Below, piece by piece: positions 58,685-64,000 of a stretch of 64,000 bases of DNA (within the stretch, counting starts at the first letter, position 1; every line of letters begins with the position of its first letter). This stretch comes from Malacoraja senta. Its lineage: Eukaryota. Under the pieces are notes generated by a model, which worked only from the letters and a program-made list of their open reading frames with translations, was not told where the DNA came from and did no database searches. A program made the position numbers and the translations under genes. Location of the stretch: contig CM075995.1 of NCBI GenBank assembly GCA_038087875.1, positions 4,156,001 through 4,220,000 on the forward strand, read 5' to 3'.

Positions 58685-59794
58685 GTGAACTGCAGATGCT
58701 GTTTACACCAAAGATAGACACAAATGCTGGAGTAACTCAACGGGACAGGCAGCATCTCTGCATAGAAGGAATGGATGACGTTTCGGGTCAAGACCCAAAC
58801 TAAATGGACAGGTCAGATCAAAAATGTCCAAATTGGTTGCAGCTAAGCATCTTGCCAAACACAGACTATTTTTGGATTTGCCATTTGACTCGTGTACAAT
58901 CTAAATCACATACCATTCAGCCACCAGAGGCAAGAGGCAATGTCACATAAATATACAGTGTATTCAGTTTAAAAATGTAGTCATTACAATCAAGCTAAAG
59001 CATTGATAATATCCTTTGCTTGCATATTTTGCTTTCATATTTGCTTTCATAATATCCTTTAACTGGCATTGTACAAAATGAAAACCAGCATTACATGTTC
59101 CTGAAGATAGACACAAAGTTAGACACAAAATGCTGGAGTAACTCAGCGGGAGAAAGCATCTCTGAAGAGAAGGAATGGGTGACGTTTCACGTCGAGACTG
59201 AAGGGTCTTGACCCGAAACGTCACCCATTCCTTCTACGCAGAGATGCTGCCTGTCCCATTGAGTTACTCCAGCATCTGTGTCTATCTTTGGTGTAAACCA
59301 GCATCTGCAGTTGATTCCTACACAGATGCTGTCTGTCCCGCTGAGTTACTCCAGCATTTTGTGTCTATCTTCGGTTTAAATCAGCATCTGCAGTTCCTTC
59401 CTACACATAAACACAAAGTGCTGGAGTAACTCAGCAGGTCAAGCAGCATCATTTGATTCTTTGTTTCTACATTACATATTCTGAGTTAGCCCATGATTAT
59501 TTTTAATATATTGCCATATGTTTTTCTTCCTCTTTATTGCCATGAAGTAATAACAGGAAAAACTCTGTAAATAATCTTATGATATACAATCTATTTCCAC
59601 GAGAAGAAACAGAATGTCTGGCCTTTTGTTGCTAGGTTAGGTAACATGGTCATTATTCTTCGGATACACATTAGCAGTTCAGAGTCAGAGTTAAAATAAT
59701 TAATTCTTGGAAAATCCATAATATTATTGATGTCAAATTACAGTGAATCTAAGTACTCTAAGTGCAAAGTGAAAATATTTTATTCTACTTATGG

Positions 59795-60010
59795 ATCATC
59801 GTTCAGACCAGACTTACCATCATTGACTCCATCTGCACTTCACACTGCCTTGGCCAAGTAGACAACATAATCAAAGACCTGTCCCACACTGGTAATTTCT
59901 TCTTCTCCCTCCTCCTATCCAGCAGAAGATAAAAGCTTGAAAGCACGCATCACCAGACCCAGGAGCAGCTTGTTCCCTTCTGTTATCAGGCTTCTAAATG
60001 GTCCTTCCAT
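59795..60010 (+). mobile_element. Rex1/Babar-like LINE 3' fragment
   Basis: Degenerate LP.IDSI.TS.CL.…IIKDLSH.G..FFS.L.S.R…SLFPSVIRLLN; related 3' tails at ~19635-19890, 33620-33830 and 61200-61360. Confidence 0.6.
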
Positions 60011-60990
60011 AAGCTAGGGTACTATCCGATTCACCTCCATCCCATAGTCCCCCCAAAAAATAAAAAAATAAAAAATAGATTGGATGGGTATGTGGACGGG
60101 AAAGGAATGGAGGGTTATGGTCTGAGTGCAGGTGGGTGGGACTAGGGGGAAGTAATTTTTTTTTTTAAATAAAAAAAATAAAAATAAAAATGTTCAGCAC
60201 GGACTTGAAGGGCCGAGATGGCCTGTTTCCGTGCTGTAATAGTTATATGGTTATATGGTTATATGGTTATAGTTGACATTGGACTTTGTCTGTGGAACTG
60301 ATGCACTACTGAGAACAATATTCTGCACTCTGTATCTTCCCATTATCTCTATCTATTGTACGAGTTTGATTAGATTGTATTTATGCATGGTTCATTGTTC
60401 ATAAATTATAGGAGCAGAATTAGGCCATTCGGCCCATCAAGTCTACTCCGCCATTCCATTATGACTAATCTATCGTTCCCTCTCAACCCCATTTTCCTGC
60501 CTTAACCCCTGATTCCAGTACTAATCAGGAAATTGATTTTTCTTGATTGATTTTCCACCGTGGGGGCAGCGTTAGAGTTGCTGCCTTACAGCGCTTGCAG
60601 CACCAGACACCCGGGTTCGATCCTAACTAAGGGTGCTGTCTGTACGGAGTTTGTACGCTCTCCCCATGACCGCATGGGTTTCCTCCGAGATCTTCAGTTT
60701 CCTCCCACACTCCATGGTATATCTAATCTGTTTGGACAGCACGCAAAACAAAGCTTTTCACTGTACTTCGGTACATGTGACAATAATAAACTCAAACCTA
60801 AACATTGATACTGGAGGAAGAACAAACACATGGATTTTCATACACAAGAGCAATGAACGTTTTTTATACATTTTGATTTAATTATTGAACCTTATCAGCC
60901 AACTATATTGGATGGACTATTGAAAGTAGCATACTTACTGACCAAAAATAAATTTGTGATGATTTACAGTTTGAAATGCAGCTGTAAAAG

Positions 60991-61179
60991 ATGAGTCTGT
61001 GTGCTGAGATCTGCCAGTTTCCGAACTCTAACCATGGTGCAGATGCAATACGCCAACGGTATGGAGTCCGATCATATCTGCACCAGTTCTATGAAGACTG
61101 CACAGCATCCATCTGGGAGCATGAGGACAATTTTCAGATTAAGAGGTCCCCAAATAGATGGAGCTCCATCTTCTGGAAG
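60991..61179 (+). CDS. nrsn1: Neurensin-1, first coding exon (63 codons); the remaining exon is not seen in this window
   Basis: [42 protein letters not shown] closely matches vertebrate NRSN1 (…[40 protein letters not shown]). Phase-0 donor AAG|GTATGC at 61179/61180; acceptor AG at 60980-60981 or 60968-60969. Confidence 0.93.
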
Positions 61180-61749
61180 GTATGCGCGATAATTGTTCTC
61201 AATAATCGGTCTTTACTGGCCTTTATCTTGCACTGTATGTCATTCCCATTATCCTGTATCTGTACACTGTGGACGGCTCGATTGTAATCCTGTGCAGTCT
61301 TTCCGCCGACTGGATAGCTTGCAACAAAAAATCTTTCCACTGTACAGGTGACGACAAACTAAAGTAAATTAAATAACATTCATCAAAGTTTAAAGTTATA
61401 GGTGACGAATTGGTGGAAGATTACAGTGACATCATGGCATCTGCAAAATAAAATTCTTGATCAGATGCATAAAAAGCAGAAATTTGTGAGAAGATATGCC
61501 ATGAGTACTACTTCTCCTCAAATTACTAATGTATAGAGTTATGCTTGGTGAAACTAAATAAAAAATCAGTCTTCTGTGAGTCTCCCTGCGCCATGCCATG
61601 AAGTTGTTTACTTGCACCACTGAAATAAATTAATTTTAACTGCAGCCTTGTTGGGCTGATTACTGATTGGTAATTATTAATAATTAATGACATGATGAAT
61701 AGTGTCATTCAATGCTTGAGGCCCAGAAAGGTAATGATGAAACCGTGAC

Positions 61750-62062
61750 AAGGTGGAGCTGGTGCTGCTGGTAGAACTGTTGCCTCACAGCACTAGAGGC
61801 CCGGGCTCAATCCTGACCTCGGGTGCAGTCTATGTGGAGTTTGCACGCTCTCCCTGTGTCACGGGAGTTTCCTCCTTCCTTCTGCTTTGCTTTCCTCCCA
61901 CATCCCAAAGACGTGCAGATTTGTAGGTAAATTGGTCTCTGTAAATTGCCCTTGGTGTATAGGGAGCGCACACATAACTGCAATAACATAGAACTAGAGT
62001 GCACAGGTGCTCAATGGTCAGCGGACTAGAGGGGTCGAAGGGGTATTTCCATGCTGCATCTA
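61750..62062 (+). mobile_element. HE1-type V-SINE, diverged
   Basis: Recognisable head and V-domain. Confidence 0.7.
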
Positions 62063-62084
62063 ATATCAATCCTCAATTGATATT

Positions 62085-63345
62085 GAGGATGTAACTAGGA
62101 AAATGGACAAGGGAGAGCCAGTGGATGTAGTGTACCTGGACTTTCAGAAAGCCTTTGATAAGATCCCACATAGGAGATTAGTGGGCAAAATTAGAGCGCA
62201 TGGTATTGGGAGTAGGGCACTGACATGGATAGAAAATTGGGTGGCAGACAGGAAACAAAGAGTAGGGATTAACAGGTCCCTTTCAGAATGGCAGACAGAG
62301 ACTAGTGGGGTACCGCAAGGTTCGGTGCTGGGACTGCAGCTATTTACAATATACATCAATGATTTAGATGAAGAGATTAAAAGTAATATTAGGAAATTTG
62401 CAGATGTCTTAAAGCTGGGTGGCAGTGTGAACTGTGAGGAGGATGCTATGAGGATGCAGGGTGACTTGGACAGGTTGGGTAAGTGGGCAGGTGCATGGCA
62501 GATGCAGTTTCATGTGGATAAATGTGAGGTTATCCACTTTGGTGATAAAAACAGGAAGGCAGATTATTATCTAAATGTCGTCAAGTTAGGAAAAGGGGAA
62601 GTACAATGAGATCTGAGTGTCCTTGTACATCAGTCACCGAAAGTAAGCATCCAGGTACAGCAGGCAGTGAAGAAAGCGGATGGCATGTTGGCCTTCATAA
62701 CGTGAGGAGTTGAGTATAGGAGCAAAGAGGTCCTTCTGCAGTTATACAGGGCCCCGGTGAGACCACACCTGGAGTATTGTGTTTAGTTTTGGTCTCCAAA
62801 TTTGAGGAAGGACATTCTTGCCATTGAGGGAGTGCAGCGTAGGTTCACCAGGTTAATTCCCGGGATGGCGGGTCTGTCATATGTTGAAAGAATGGAGCGA
62901 CTGAGCTTGTAGGATGAGAGGGTATCTTATTGAAACATATAATTTAGAAGGATGAGAGGGAATCTTATTGAAACATATAAGATTATTAAAGGATTGGACC
63001 CGATCGAGGCAGGAAACATGTTCCCGATGTTGGGGGAATCCAGAACCAGGGGCCACAGTTTAAGAATAAGGGGTAGGCCATTTAGAACTGAGATGAGGAA
63101 AAACTTTCTCACTCAGAGAGTTGTGAACCTGTGGAATTCTCTGCCTCAAAAGGCAGTGGAGAACGATTCTCAGGATGCTTTCAAGAGAGAGTTAGATAGA
63201 ACTTAAAGATAGCAGAGTCAAGGGATATGGTGAGAAGGCAGGAACGATGGACTGATTGTGGATGATCAGCCATGATCACAGTGAATAGCGGTGCTGCCTC
63301 AAAGGGCCGAATAGCCTACCCCTGCACCTATTGTCTGTGGTCTAT
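62085..63345 (+). mobile_element. CR1/HER1 LINE, RT to 3' end, degenerate
   Basis: VDVVYLDFQKAFD…SGVPQGSVLG…YINDLD…KFAD…CEVIHFG, with stops downstream and the family 3' UTR. Confidence 0.92.
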
Positions 63346-63533
63346 GGTCTATGGTCTATTGTCTATGGTCTATGGTCTATGGTCTATGGTCTATGGTCTA
63401 TGGTCTATGGTCTATGGTCTATTGTCTATGGTCTATTGTCTATTGTCTATGGTCTGTGGTCTATGGTCTGTGGTCTATGGTCTATGGTCTATGGTCTATG
63501 GTCTATGGTCTATGGTCTATGGTCTATTGTCTA
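63330..63533. repeat. (TATGGTC)n microsatellite, expanded CR1 tail
   Basis: 7-bp unit, roughly 29 copies. Confidence 0.95.
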
Positions 63534-64000
63534 TAATTCAAATCAGATTGTAAATTGAATTGTTTACATTTGTTATTTTTCCTGCTGTGTCCATTTTCCC
63601 TCTCTTCAAATCTAAATCATTCTTTGGTCTGCTCTCCCATTTCCTCCTCAATTGCTTGTCGAGTCTTATTGTTTAAATTGGTTGAGGAAAAATTCAATAG
63701 ACTCTATGATCCAGGGGTCTGTGGAGCTGCTTTGACTTTGCTGTGTCATTACCAATTCATGATTTCAGCTGTCCACGATGCAGTGTGCTTAGAATGAAAA
63801 AGATCATATATATTTTAAAAAATCCAATTCACAGCACGCTCACCAAGAGATGTGCTGCATAACAATTTCTGGACCCACAGGGATATTTATGTGTTAAAAA
63901 TGTTAAATACGTGCATTTATTACAAATGTCAGCTGCCAGTTGTTATGCTTTCGGTAGACCTGTGTTACGTGTTTAGCCATCGTAGATTTCTATGCAGTTA

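Noticed and set aside
61180..61287. C-terminal extension of the 98-aa ORF 60991-61287
   Set aside because: Neurensin similarity stops at the GT donor; the remainder is intron containing a LINE tail.
63272..63558. ORFs of repeated YGLWSMV
   Set aside because: Translation of the (TATGGTC)n microsatellite.

Overview
This is eukaryotic, repeat-dominated DNA, most likely from a skate or ray. That assignment is an inference from the abundant HE1-type V-SINEs and HER1/CR1 LINE fragments. The only host gene I can recognise is neurensin-1 (nrsn1, + strand). Its first coding exon is 60991-61179, a CpG-island promoter and probable non-coding exon 1 lie near 54.1-54.4 kb, and a canonical RE1/NRSE site sits in the intron between them. 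Most of the rest is transposable elements: (1) a near-intact HERO-type REL-endonuclease non-LTR retrotransposon (34436-38974) with ~590-bp LTR-like direct repeats, each holding a hammerhead-ribozyme core in non-circularly permuted order (the most interesting signal here); (2) a five-level nest (21.4-33 kb) of CR1, a foldback element with a 9-bp TSD, a second CR1, then a Helitron, a Penelope fragment and a composite block holding a Gypsy LTR element that may self-prime; (3) a decayed DIRS1-like tyrosine-recombinase retrotransposon; (4) L1, L2, RTE, Vingi-like, Rex1-like and Penelope fragments plus many SINEs. There is a 200-N gap with a probable false duplication at 7.0-8.0 kb. Everything was read by eye. 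Family names come from remembered motifs, not database searches, and the boundaries of degraded repeats are approximate.
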